Source: an uncultured Puniceicoccaceae bacterium (GTDB lineage Bacteria > Verrucomicrobiota > Verrucomicrobiia > Opitutales > Oceanipulchritudinaceae). From it: a DNA stretch of 64,000 nt. How positions within the stretch are numbered: the stretch's first letter is position 1; each line of letters begins with the position of its first letter. Shown here one piece after another: positions 1 to 9,211 of the stretch. The DNA is taken from contig CAWVVV010000002.1 in NCBI GenBank assembly GCA_963933835.1, forward strand, positions 352,001 through 416,000, written 5' to 3'. Made by a program: the position numbers and the translations under genes. The notes below the pieces were generated by a model. That model was not told the DNA's origin, ran no database searches, and saw nothing but the letters and a program-made list of their open reading frames with translations.

Positions 1-281
1 TGCCGCTTTTTGTTCGTGTGAAAGGATTCGGACGCTTTGAGAAGGGGGCTTTTCTAGCCTCTGAAGTGGGACTTCAACGAGGACTCCGCGTGGAACGAAA
101 TCATCAGCTCTGGGAACAATATCTTCTCTCATATGCGGATATCGCGCCGGGGCACATTGACTGGACGGTCGATCAAGTGGAGCACGTCTTGAGTCCCGAA
201 CTGATCAATGAATTAGAAATCCTCATACAAGAGCGGACGGGTGAATCCTTTGAAATCGCATCGCGGGGAGGTATAGCGTGA
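1..281 (+). CDS. 3' end of a gene ending in a DtxR/MntR-type metal-binding/dimerisation domain, probably an ABC-3 permease-repressor fusion; truncated by window edge
   Basis: Frame open from window start; RNHQLWEQYL...DQVEHVLSPEL matches the DtxR RxHRLWE...EH pattern; stop overlaps start of next permease (GTGA). Confidence 0.7.
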   Translation, partial: PLFVRVKGFGRFEKGAFLASEVGLQRGLRVERNHQLWEQYLLSYADIAPGHIDWTVDQVEHVLSPELINELEILIQERTGESFEIASRGGIA

Positions 282-1600
282 TCGATTTTATTCCTGCACT
301 TGATCTGTTCCCCCTTATGGCTGCGCTGCTTGCAGCCCTTACCTGTGGACTGCTGGGGAACTTCCTCGTTCTCAGAAAGATCAGTTTGATGGGCGACGCG
401 ATCAGTCATTCGGTGCTGCCGGGGCTTGTTATTGCATTTTTGATTACATCAACGCGGAGTCCGATGATTATGTTTATTGGAGCGGCGGCGGCGGGACTCG
501 CGACGGTTGCTCTCGTCGAAGTAGTGAAAAAGCTAGGACGCGTCGAATCTGGTGCCGCGATGGGGGTGGTGTTTAGCATCCTCTTCGCTTTTGGCGTATT
601 GCTCATCGAGCAGGCGGCGGCGCGACATGTGGACCTCGATGCGGACTGTGTCTTGTATGGACAACTGGAAACGCTGGTGTGGTTTGAGGCTCCGCTGGAA
701 TTAGGGGCCTTGCTTTCGTTCGCGACGATCGAGGCGCTGCCTCGGCAAGTGATTGTGTTGTTTTCGATACTTACACTTTCGTTGGCATTCGTCGTGGTTT
801 TCTTCAAGGAACTCCGGGTGACGGCCTTCGACCCCGCGTTAGCGACGAGCCTAGGGATCAACGCGAATATGATGCACTACGGCTTGATGCTCTTCGTCGC
901 AGCGGCCACCGTCGCAGCTTTTGAAGCAGTGGGATCGATCCTTGTTATTGCGATGTTGGTTTGCCCCGGCGCGACGGCTCGGCTTTGGACCGATCGGCTT
1001 TCGCATCAGATTTTTGTAAGCTTGGCCTTTGCCACTGGAAGTGCGGTGACGGGTTATTTCGGAGCGACGACGATACCGTCTTGGTTCGATGCCGGGAGCG
1101 TGAATGCGGCGGGGAGCATGACGGTGGCAGCGGGAGGCTTTTTGGCCCTGTCAGTTTTCTTTGCTCCGCAGTATGGGCTAGTAGCGAAGCGTCTACGGGC
1201 GAAGCGGCTTCAACGTGATTCCGCGATGGATCAGCTCTTGGCTGGACTACTGCGTGCTCGAGAAAAAGGGGCGCACTGGATTGATCTGTGTGTCCTCACT
1301 CGGGCTTCGATGGGGTTTGATTTGGGGAGGGCAGCAATACGGGCAAAGCGGCTCGGCTATGTCGAGCGGCAAGCATTGGAGTTAAATCTGACAGCGCGCG
1401 GCCTCGAGGAAGCAAAAGCGATCCTGAGACGCCACCGCGGCTGGGAGAGCTATCTGGTTGATGATGCGGGCATCCGTCCAGACAATGTTCATGCGCTCGC
1501 CGAGCAGCTTGAACATATCTCAGTTGAGCCAACCGTTGCGAAGGAGTTGGACCCTCATGGGCAGCCTATTTACCCCCGTAAATCAGAGGATGATACATAG
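278..1600 (+). CDS. Mn/Zn/Fe ABC-3 permease with C-terminal DtxR-like domain
   Basis: LVLRKISLMGDAISHSVLPG and AFEAVGSILVIAML are ABC-3 permease motifs; C-terminal LTARG...RRHRGWESYL...HALAEQLEH...DPHGQPI is DtxR-like. Confidence 0.9.
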   Translation: MIDFIPALDLFPLMAALLAALTCGLLGNFLVLRKISLMGDAISHSVLPGLVIAFLITSTRSPMIMFIGAAAAGLATVALVEVVKKLGRVESGAAMGVVFSILFAFGVLLIEQAAARHVDLDADCVLYGQLETLVWFEAPLELGALLSFATIEALPRQVIVLFSILTLSLAFVVVFFKELRVTAFDPALATSLGINANMMHYGLMLFVAAATVAAFEAVGSILVIAMLVCPGATARLWTDRLSHQIFVSLAFATGSAVTGYFGATTIPSWFDAGSVNAAGSMTVAAGGFLALSVFFAPQYGLVAKRLRAKRLQRDSAMDQLLAGLLRAREKGAHWIDLCVLTRASMGFDLGRAAIRAKRLGYVERQALELNLTARGLEEAKAILRRHRGWESYLVDDAGIRPDNVHALAEQLEHISVEPTVAKELDPHGQPIYPRKSEDDT

Positions 1601-1615
1601 TTTGTAGGCGATTTC

Positions 1616-2461
1616 CTAATACGCCATGCCGATGCCGATGCGAAATTCATCGCCCCCGCCAAGACTAGAGTTCTGACGTTTCTCGTAGAGGTTGAAGTTG
1701 TATCCGACTTTGAAGAGAATGGTCTTATCGATCCACCAAAATAAGGCGGGCCCACCGCGTAGTCGGGTATAGCCAGATCCACCGTCATCGTAGTGGTGGT
1801 CGAAGTCGAATTCGAGGGTGACTTGGGTTGAGGTCGTCGGAATGAAGCCGATTTTGGCATCGGCATCAATCCGGTTGCCGCGATTGTCTGCGCCTTCCAG
1901 CCAGTAAGTGATCCCGCCTCCGATGATATAGTTGGGGGTTTCTCGTTTTGCGCTGATACCGATGCCCCAATCGGTCGAGCCATCGCTGAAGCCAATGGGG
2001 CTATCTTCGTCGCCGGTTGGCAGCTCGATGCGAGGATTTAGGGAGATGTTCCCCGAAAAACCTTTGCCGTTGTAGTATTTCCGGATCGGGAAGGCCAGTT
2101 TGAGGTTTCCAAAACCTTCGTCTGTCTGGGTGACGGCGGTGCCGTTCTCGATCGTGGTTTTCTCAGCTCGATGGTAAGGCAACGTTCCGACGATGCGGAG
2201 TGAGCGATCCCAGGTGTAGACACCTCCAAATTCAGCGGTGTGCAGGCTCGATGAGAGGCCCAGTGGATTGGCAATTGAATCGGTTCCATTCAGAATTTCA
2301 TCCGCGTCCTGCCATTTATAGAAGACCTGCCAGCCGTAGCCATAATCCCAGCGCGGGACCATGCTCATGACGGGGGTCTCGGCAAAGGTGGCGGGTGCGA
2401 CCAAGAGAGTGCCAAGGACAGCGACGAGCCATCCTCGAATACCGGAGCGCTTTCTCTTCAT
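1616..2461 (-). CDS. Putative outer-membrane beta-barrel/transporter protein
   Basis: N-terminal signal peptide, alternating aromatic beta-strands, GFGN and IELPTGD segments, C-terminal aromatic residue (IGIGMAY). Confidence 0.7.
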   Translation of the reverse strand: MKRKRSGIRGWLVAVLGTLLVAPATFAETPVMSMVPRWDYGYGWQVFYKWQDADEILNGTDSIANPLGLSSSLHTAEFGGVYTWDRSLRIVGTLPYHRAEKTTIENGTAVTQTDEGFGNLKLAFPIRKYYNGKGFSGNISLNPRIELPTGDEDSPIGFSDGSTDWGIGISAKRETPNYIIGGGITYWLEGADNRGNRIDADAKIGFIPTTSTQVTLEFDFDHHYDDGGSGYTRLRGGPALFWWIDKTILFKVGYNFNLYEKRQNSSLGGGDEFRIGIGMAY

Positions 2462-2464
2462 GCT

Positions 2465-3004
2465 CTAGAGGGTGGATGTGAGCTCAGCGATATAGCTCTG
2501 CGCCTTGAGGTCGCTCTGGCGAATTGAAATCAGCTGCTCGCTGGCGAGGTCGGTCGATTCGACGGTCAAGTTCAGCGGCGTATCGATGCCGGGCACAGTG
2601 TATTGCTCCCCTAGGAGTTCCCCGTCTTCGAGGAGGTAAATCGAGATGGGGTCGTAGCCGGCATCGCTGACTGCTTTGACAATCGCGCGCAGATCAATCG
2701 CTTCACCGGGTTCGCGGGCAAGAGTTAGGAACTGGGTATAGATGTCCATCTGCAGCCCTTTGTCGAAACGGCTGCGGTCGATGCCGTCGACTTTGCGCAG
2801 CTTGCGATTGATCCCGAATGCGCAGGTTTCGCAGATGAGACCTTTGACGCGCAATGCGACGGTGTTGTCTTCCGCTTGTAAGATCTCGGTGGCTTTGGCG
2901 GCCTCGATTTCAGGGGTGTAGGATTGTTCGACGGCGTCCGTCGGAGAGGCACTGAGCGCGCTCGCACAGAGGAGCGCGGTAAAAAGAAGGGTCTTAAAGT
3001 TCAT
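2465..3004 (-). CDS. Exported heavy-metal-associated (HMA) domain protein
   Basis: Start at MNFKTLLFTALLCASALSA (signal peptide); LRVKGLICETCAFGI has the HMA GxxCxxC motif; AVSDAGY end motif. Confidence 0.8.
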   Translation of the reverse strand: MNFKTLLFTALLCASALSASPTDAVEQSYTPEIEAAKATEILQAEDNTVALRVKGLICETCAFGINRKLRKVDGIDRSRFDKGLQMDIYTQFLTLAREPGEAIDLRAIVKAVSDAGYDPISIYLLEDGELLGEQYTVPGIDTPLNLTVESTDLASEQLISIRQSDLKAQSYIAELTSTL

Positions 3005-3113
3005 GATTTTGAGTATTTCGAAGTTAGAAAGTGTGTTGAAGAATTTGCATACAGCATTGGCGCTGTGCGATTTGCCGCGTGAAAGGTACACGGCTGAGTC
3101 GTCTTCTAGGTTT

Positions 3114-3581
3114 CTAGCTTCGAGGTGGAGGTGAATCCACTCCCTCAAATTGCTGCGGCGAGAGCACAGCTGAACTGTCGATAAGGGCGGCATCGCTTCC
3201 TTGAGCGAAGCTATGGCCTAAATCGTCGTTTAATTTGATGTGCGCGTGTGAGCTGGGCGCAGTCTCTGAAGGACCGCAACCGTGGCTGCATGCCCCCGTG
3301 TCGTGGCATGATTTGCCGGGGCAGTCGTTCGAACCATGGTCCTGATGAGCGTCTTCGCTCGGCTCTGGTTCTGAGTCGCTGCAGCAAGGATCTGCTTCGC
3401 AGCTATCTTGCACTATCACCGCTGTTCCCTGCTCATGGTCGCTTACAGGCAAGGTGTTCACGCTCCACGCGGGGAGGAAAACAAGGCTACTGCAAAGGAG
3501 GAAAACAAGGCTACTGCAAAGGAGGAAAACAAGGCTACTGCAAAGGAGGAAAACAAGGCTACTGCAAAGGAGGCGCATCAT
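3114..3581 (-). CDS. Cys/His-rich secreted small protein ending in PPPRS (candidate regulatory leader ORF)
   Basis: MMRLLCSSLVF... hydrophobic N-terminus, DCPGKSCHDTGACSHGC cluster, proline-rich C-terminus; co-oriented upstream of the HMA gene. Confidence 0.65.
   Translation of the reverse strand: MMRLLCSSLVFLLCSSLVFLLCSSLVFLLCSSLVFLPAWSVNTLPVSDHEQGTAVIVQDSCEADPCCSDSEPEPSEDAHQDHGSNDCPGKSCHDTGACSHGCGPSETAPSSHAHIKLNDDLGHSFAQGSDAALIDSSAVLSPQQFEGVDSPPPRS
3473..3573. repeat. Perfect 24-bp tandem repeat, 4 copies plus 5 bp (GGAGGAAAACAAGGCTACTGCAAA)
   Basis: Units at 3473-3496, 3497-3520, 3521-3544, 3545-3568; encodes LCSSLVFL repeats on the minus strand. Confidence 0.98.
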
Positions 3582-3698
3582 AGTGCTATAATGAAGAAGC
3601 ATAGGTTGCAGAGATTATTCCGCAAGCAAATCTTTTCACTGTATTAACTCGGGTGGTCGGCGCTTTGCTGAAGGCGCGTAGTTGTCGCACGGCGGCGC

Positions 3699-5465
3699 TT
3701 ACATTCTTTCGAGCGTTTCTAGGCCGAGAAGATGCAGTCCAGTTTCCAAAGTGAGGAGCGTTTGCGCGCATAGACTCAAGCGGCGGGCGCGAATCGCGGG
3801 GTCTTCAATCGAGACCCGATCTGCGGCGTAAAAGGTGCTGAAAAGCCCGGCCAACTCGAAGAGGTAAGTGCAGAGGTTGTGTGGACGGTAGTCGCCAAGT
3901 GCTTGTTCGAACGCAGATGGAAAGGCGACCAGTTTGCGTGCGAGTGCGATCTCGGTTTCGGTTTCAGGAGCGGAGGCCGCGCTGACAAAGTCGTCCGTCG
4001 GGCGCACCTCGAGCTTGCGGAAGATACTGTGGATCCGCGCGCCTGCGTAGAGCAGGTAAGGGGCGGTGTTGCCCTCAAGAGCGAGCATCTTGTCCCATGA
4101 GAATTGGTAATCGCTTGAGCGGTTTTGCGAGAGGTCGGCATAGCGCACGGCACCTATCCCAATGGCCTCGGCGACGCGGGATTGCTCTTCTTCGGCGAGT
4201 TCAGGATTTTTCTCCGAGACGATCGCGAGGGCTCGATTGTGAGCTTCTTCAAGGAGGGCTTTGAGCTTAACGTTATCGCCTTCCTTTGTTTTGAGGGGCT
4301 TTCCGTTGGGTCCGAGGATAGTGCCGTTGCTCACGTGCTTCAGCTTTGGAAGGGTCCATCCGCGCGCTTCAAACCACTTCTTCGTCGTGAGAAAAAGCTG
4401 TTCGAAGTGATCGCTTTGTCGCGAATCGACGCAGTAGAGGATATCGTCGGAGGCGAGTTCTTTGGCTCGGTAATAAATCGTTGCGAGGTCAGTCGTGGCG
4501 TAGTTCGACGCACCATCAGTCTTGCGGACAATGAAGGGCTGCTTCGCGAAACGCGGGTGCTCGGGGTGGAAGACGACAAGCGCGCCTTCACTTTTCTCTG
4601 AGAGTCCAGTTTCAGCCAACTCTTCGTAGATGTTGTCGACGCGGTCGCGGTAGAAGCTTTCACCCAGGGCGGTGTCGAATTTCACGCCAAGGCGATCGTA
4701 GTTGCTCTCGAAGGCATGCCAGCTGACTTCGGTGATCTTCTTCCAGATCGTAAGGTTCTCTTCGTCACCTTGCTGGAGTTTGACGAGTTCGTCGCGGACT
4801 TCCTGTGCGATTTCTGGGGAGCTTTTGTAGGCGGCATTGCCCTCTTTATAAAGTGCTTCGAGATCGGCGACGGGGTTTTCGTGTTCAGCATCGAGGTCGT
4901 GGCCACTTTTCTTCAGGGAGTAGATGATCATCCCGAACTGGGTGCCCCAGTCGCCGAGGTGATTATCGCGGGTCACTTCAGCGCCCGCATAGGTAAGCAT
5001 GCGTGCAAGGGCCTCGCCGATGACGGTCGAGCGGATGTGCCCAACGTGCATTTCCTTCGCCGTGTTGGGCGAGCTGTAGTCGACGACCGCTTTTAAGCCC
5101 TTTCGTAGCTGCGAAGAGTTTTGGGCGAAGGCATCAGCGGCGCCGAAGGCTTCGATCCACTTGAGCAGAAAGGTGGGTTGCAGACTGAAATTGAGAAAGC
5201 CCGGTCCAGCGATCGATACCGTAACGTAGTTTGGGTCGAGAGCGCCCGAGGCGACGACGGCGTCGAGGAGTTTTTGCCCGAGAGGTCGCGGTGGAACGCC
5301 GACCTTTTTTGCGACGCCGAGGATGCCATTGGCCTGAAAATCTCCGTGCCGCGGATCGGCGGCGCGGAGGATCGGGTCGAAGTCAGCGCCGAGCTCAGGT
5401 ATCGCTGCCGCCGCATCGACGATGACTCGTTGGAGAAAAACGGAGGGTTGATAGTCCACCTGCAT
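3699..5465 (-). CDS. argS: Arginine--tRNA ligase
   Basis: VDYSSPNTAKEMHVGHIRST (HIGH-like), HLGDWGTQFG, EGNTAPYLLY, terminal LERM. Confidence 0.97.
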   Translation of the reverse strand: MQVDYQPSVFLQRVIVDAAAAIPELGADFDPILRAADPRHGDFQANGILGVAKKVGVPPRPLGQKLLDAVVASGALDPNYVTVSIAGPGFLNFSLQPTFLLKWIEAFGAADAFAQNSSQLRKGLKAVVDYSSPNTAKEMHVGHIRSTVIGEALARMLTYAGAEVTRDNHLGDWGTQFGMIIYSLKKSGHDLDAEHENPVADLEALYKEGNAAYKSSPEIAQEVRDELVKLQQGDEENLTIWKKITEVSWHAFESNYDRLGVKFDTALGESFYRDRVDNIYEELAETGLSEKSEGALVVFHPEHPRFAKQPFIVRKTDGASNYATTDLATIYYRAKELASDDILYCVDSRQSDHFEQLFLTTKKWFEARGWTLPKLKHVSNGTILGPNGKPLKTKEGDNVKLKALLEEAHNRALAIVSEKNPELAEEEQSRVAEAIGIGAVRYADLSQNRSSDYQFSWDKMLALEGNTAPYLLYAGARIHSIFRKLEVRPTDDFVSAASAPETETEIALARKLVAFPSAFEQALGDYRPHNLCTYLFELAGLFSTFYAADRVSIEDPAIRARRLSLCAQTLLTLETGLHLLGLETLERM

Positions 5466-5683
5466 GGTCGAAGGACGCTGCGAAGGGGCGGGGGGCGAAT
5501 CAAGCTATTCGCGTGTTTCTGAGCAAAAATGACCGTTTTTGAGATTCGTTGCATCCGGCGAGGACGCGCCTAATCGGCTGCTCGAGCAATTTTTACTCGA
5601 CGGAGGCAACCTTAATCCGCTTATAGTTAAAAGTTTACGGATTCACCAACCCTCATCGGGTCTCACTCCGGATTATCTGCTCA

Positions 5684-7018
5684 ATGAGAAAAACAATAGT
5701 TTCTGTGCGTAAGTTCGTCAAGCCGTCCTACGCCTACTTAATAGAGAAAAAACGAGATGGAGGCGAGTTCTCGCATGACGAGATTCGCTACATCGTAGAC
5801 TCTATTTACGAAAAAGAACTGCCAAAACACCAATTGGCGGCACTCGTTATGGCGATCTATTTCCAGGGCATGAGTGCTCAGGAAACAGCCATCCTCGCTG
5901 AGGAAATGATGCTCTCCGGTGAAGTGGTTGATCTTTCGAAAATCACTAAGCCGAAGATCGACAAGTATTCGACCGGTGGCGTGGGTGACAAGACTTCGCT
6001 CGTGCTCATCCCACTCGCAGCAGCCTGTGGCGTCGTGATGCCAAACATGAATGGTGTCGACGAAGAGTTTGTTATTTCGAGCCTCGATAAGCTGAGCTCA
6101 ATCCCTGGATTCAGTCCGACGATGGACCTTGCGGGGTTTGTCAGTCAGCTCAGTACGGTTGGGGCAACGATCGCAGGTCAGTCGAGGGAAATTGCGCCCG
6201 TTGATACGGTGCTTTATGAGATGCGTCAGCTTACCGCGACGGTCCCAAGTTTACCACTCATCACCGGTTCGGTCCTCTCTCGTAAGCTCGCGCAAGGTGC
6301 TGAAGGCCTGGTCGTCGATGTGAAGTGGGGCAACGGGTCGTTCATCAAGGATGTTGAGCAAGCGAAGCAACTTGCCCGTTCCCTAACGCGAGTCGGTCGC
6401 TCGATGGACCGCCGCTGTGTGGCACTTGTTACCGATATGAACCAGCCGCTCGGCGACACCGTCGGCACAGGGTTGGAAATCATTGAAGCGATCAAATTAC
6501 TCAAGGGTGAAGGTCCTGAGGATCTTCAGGAGCTAGTGCTGAAGCTAGGTATGGAAATCGTTCGTCTGGCCGGTGTGGCTGGTTCAACGCTCTCTGCAAA
6601 GCAGACAGTCCAGCGCGCCCTCAAGGATGGAGCTGCATTTGAGAAATTTAAGGAAATGGTCGCTGCCCAAGGCGGAAAGACCGCTTGTCTCGATGATACG
6701 AGCAAGTTCCCAGAAGCGAAATACGTTCGTAAGCTTCCTGCACCGAAGCGTGGCTACGTCCACACGATCAATGCGGGTATGATTGCTCGCGGCGTTCAGA
6801 TGCTCGCCCAGAAGGGCGGTAAGAAGCTCGACCCAGCCGTCGGCGTATCCGAAATCAAGAAAGTCGGGACTCAAGTGAAACAAGGTGAGCCGCTCATGAT
6901 GATTCACTACAACGACGAATCGAAGCTTGAGACTGCGCTCGACTACTTGCGTCAGGCCTACCGCCTCGCACCGAAGCGCCCAACACCGCCAGATCTCCTC
7001 GTTGAGCGTGTGGCCTAA
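5684..7018 (+). CDS. Thymidine/pyrimidine-nucleoside phosphorylase family protein with divergent active site
   Basis: IEKKRDG, DKYSTGGVGDK, LDKLSSIPGF, DVKWGNGSF, TDMNQPLG motifs; phosphate loop is non-canonical. Confidence 0.9.
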   Translation: MRKTIVSVRKFVKPSYAYLIEKKRDGGEFSHDEIRYIVDSIYEKELPKHQLAALVMAIYFQGMSAQETAILAEEMMLSGEVVDLSKITKPKIDKYSTGGVGDKTSLVLIPLAAACGVVMPNMNGVDEEFVISSLDKLSSIPGFSPTMDLAGFVSQLSTVGATIAGQSREIAPVDTVLYEMRQLTATVPSLPLITGSVLSRKLAQGAEGLVVDVKWGNGSFIKDVEQAKQLARSLTRVGRSMDRRCVALVTDMNQPLGDTVGTGLEIIEAIKLLKGEGPEDLQELVLKLGMEIVRLAGVAGSTLSAKQTVQRALKDGAAFEKFKEMVAAQGGKTACLDDTSKFPEAKYVRKLPAPKRGYVHTINAGMIARGVQMLAQKGGKKLDPAVGVSEIKKVGTQVKQGEPLMMIHYNDESKLETALDYLRQAYRLAPKRPTPPDLLVERVA

Positions 7019-7045
7019 GGGGTTCTAACGAACCATCAGTTTTAT

Positions 7046-7091
7046 AAACAAAGACGCCCCGGACTTGAAGGTCCGGGGCGTCTTTTGTTTT
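7046..7091. terminator. Bidirectional intrinsic terminator
   Basis: 15-bp perfect stem AAAGACGCCCCGGAC / GTCCGGGGCGTCTTT, loop TTGAAG, A/T tracts on both sides, between convergent genes. Confidence 0.9.
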
Positions 7092-7111
7092 AAAGGATTG
7101 AAGGGGTGTCT

Positions 7112-7669
7112 TTAGACGCGGCCGAGGTAGCTTTTGTCTTCGGTCGATACCTTGATTTTGTCGCCCGTCTTGATAAAGAGCGGGGTCTGAACGACGAGGC
7201 CCGTCGCGGTGGTTACAGGCTTGAGGGCAGCGCCGGAGGTATCACCCCGGAGAGCAGCAGGCGCTTCGGTCACTTCCATTTCAACGGAGACTGGTAGTTG
7301 AATCTGGACAGGATTATCATCGACGAAGAGGACGTCGACGGGGTTGCCCTCATCGAGAAAGTCTTTCGCCTCTTCGACGAGATTTTCGGCAAGGATGACA
7401 TCTTCGAACGTCTCAGGGTCCATGAAGTGGTAGCCCATGTCGTCGATGTAACTGAACTCGAGACGCTTTGTGTCTGTCGTAAGAATATCGACCGTTTCGG
7501 TGGAGCGAATCTTCTGCGTCGTGCTCGAACCGGAATTGAGGTTGCGCATATTGACCTGAACAAAACCAGCTTGGCGGCCTTGCGACCGTTGTTGGGCATC
7601 GAGAACGAGATGCGGCTGTTTGTTGTAGAGGATTACATTCCCTTTTCGGATTTCAGTCGGAGTAGCCAT
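7112..7669 (-). CDS. efp: Translation elongation factor P
   Basis: FMDPETFE, LRGDTSG, KPVTTATGLVVQTPLFIKTGDKIKVST...YLGRV. Confidence 0.95.
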   Translation of the reverse strand: MATPTEIRKGNVILYNKQPHLVLDAQQRSQGRQAGFVQVNMRNLNSGSSTTQKIRSTETVDILTTDTKRLEFSYIDDMGYHFMDPETFEDVILAENLVEEAKDFLDEGNPVDVLFVDDNPVQIQLPVSVEMEVTEAPAALRGDTSGAALKPVTTATGLVVQTPLFIKTGDKIKVSTEDKSYLGRV

Positions 7670-7837
7670 GCTGGGTGTTAGTTAACGCGATCTTTGGATG
7701 ATGGGCGGAAACGGGTCAATCGGTTTGTTACAAGGCTGTTCAACTAGAGCGTGGGCAATGGGGAATGCCCTTTACAGGGGAAACGTGCCCGATCTATATC
7801 GTAATGCTTGATCGGCGTCCCAGTCGGCCCCCTTGGT

Positions 7838-9205
7838 ATGAAACAAAGAACAATCTTAAGCGAGGTATCTACCCATGGTAAATCGCTCCATACCGGCAAA
7901 GAAGTCCACCTCACTCTAAAGCCCGCTGAAATAGGCGCTGGCATCGTTTTTCGCCGTGTTGATCTCTTTGGAAAACCCGAGGTAAAGCCTGCCATCGAAC
8001 TCGTTAATAATGAGCTCGTTCGCAGCACTGACATCACTTCTGGCCACACGCAGCTGAAGACGATCGAGCACGTTCTCAGCGCTCTCTCCGGCTGTGGGGT
8101 CGACAACTGTATCGTCGAAATGGATTCGGCGGAGCCACCCATTGTGGACGGTTCTTCTCGCCAGTTTGTCGAGATGATCGAAAAGGCCGAGCCCGTCGAA
8201 CAGGATGCCGACCGCGAATACTTCGAATTGAAGGAGCCGATCTCGATCATGGACGGCAACCGCTCGATCATCGCGCTGCCCTACGATGGTCTGAGGATTA
8301 CTTGCACGAGTGCGGATGATCGCGGCACACATACGCAGCACCTTTCGCTCGATGTGGATCCAGTTGTCTACAAGTCAGACATCGCCCACGCTCGTACCTT
8401 TACTGTCTACGAGGACATCGAACCTCTGCTCAAGATGGGTAAGATTCAGGGCGGTAGCCTAGATTCTGCGATCGTGATCAAAGGCGATCAGATCCTCTCG
8501 AAAGAGCCGCTGCGCTATAAGGACGAATTTGTCCGCCACAAGATTCTCGATGTCATTGGCGACATTACACTACTCGGCAAACCGCTGAAGGCCCACATTG
8601 TAGCGGTTCGCACGGGCCACAAGCTCAACGCCGAACTGACCAAGGCAATGTATCAGCAGATGCTCGCTGCCGAGGGCAGTAAAAAAGCTAAGAAGGCAAA
8701 AGCGACGACCAAGGCGTCGACCGCAAAGGAGCGCAAAACACTGCGACCCGACGAGACGACGATCGATATTCGCCGGATCCTCGACATCCTGCCGCACGCT
8801 TATCCCTTTGTTCTGATCGATCGAATCACAGAGTTTGTTAAAGACGACGAGCTCACCGCGATTAAGAATGTAACGATCAATGAACCGTTTTTCCAAGGGC
8901 ACTTCCCCGGGAACCCAGTGATGCCGGGCGTGCTTCAGCTCGAGTCGATGGCTCAGGCGTCGGGCTTTCTTATGCTTCGCCGTATATCAAGTGAGGGCAA
9001 AGTCGCCTTTTTTATGAGTGCGGACAACGTGAAATTCCGCCGTGCGGTTGTGCCTGGTGATCAATTGGAGATTCACGCGAAGATCACAAAGAACCGCGCA
9101 AATAAATTCATCGGCGCGAGCGTTAAATGCACCGTTGATGGTAAAATTGTTTCCTCTGGCGAACTCAGCTTCGTCATCCTCGACGTGCCGGAAGAAGGGA
9201 TGTAG
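7838..9205 (+). CDS. lpxC: Bifunctional LpxC deacetylase / FabZ dehydratase
   Basis: MKQRT start, TIEHVLSAL and [10 protein letters not shown] (LpxC zinc motifs); LPHAYPF and [18 protein letters not shown] (FabZ). Confidence 0.95.
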   Translation: MKQRTILSEVSTHGKSLHTGKEVHLTLKPAEIGAGIVFRRVDLFGKPEVKPAIELVNNELVRSTDITSGHTQLKTIEHVLSALSGCGVDNCIVEMDSAEPPIVDGSSRQFVEMIEKAEPVEQDADREYFELKEPISIMDGNRSIIALPYDGLRITCTSADDRGTHTQHLSLDVDPVVYKSDIAHARTFTVYEDIEPLLKMGKIQGGSLDSAIVIKGDQILSKEPLRYKDEFVRHKILDVIGDITLLGKPLKAHIVAVRTGHKLNAELTKAMYQQMLAAEGSKKAKKAKATTKASTAKERKTLRPDETTIDIRRILDILPHAYPFVLIDRITEFVKDDELTAIKNVTINEPFFQGHFPGNPVMPGVLQLESMAQASGFLMLRRISSEGKVAFFMSADNVKFRRAVVPGDQLEIHAKITKNRANKFIGASVKCTVDGKIVSSGELSFVILDVPEEGM

Positions 9206-9211
9206 TTAAAA

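Noticed and set aside
3473..3573. 24-bp repeats as a CRISPR array
   Set aside because: Copies are directly adjacent with no spacers, and no cas genes are present.
7838..9205. LpxC-FabZ fusion as a novelty
   Set aside because: Well known in Bacteroidota, Chlorobi and Verrucomicrobiota.
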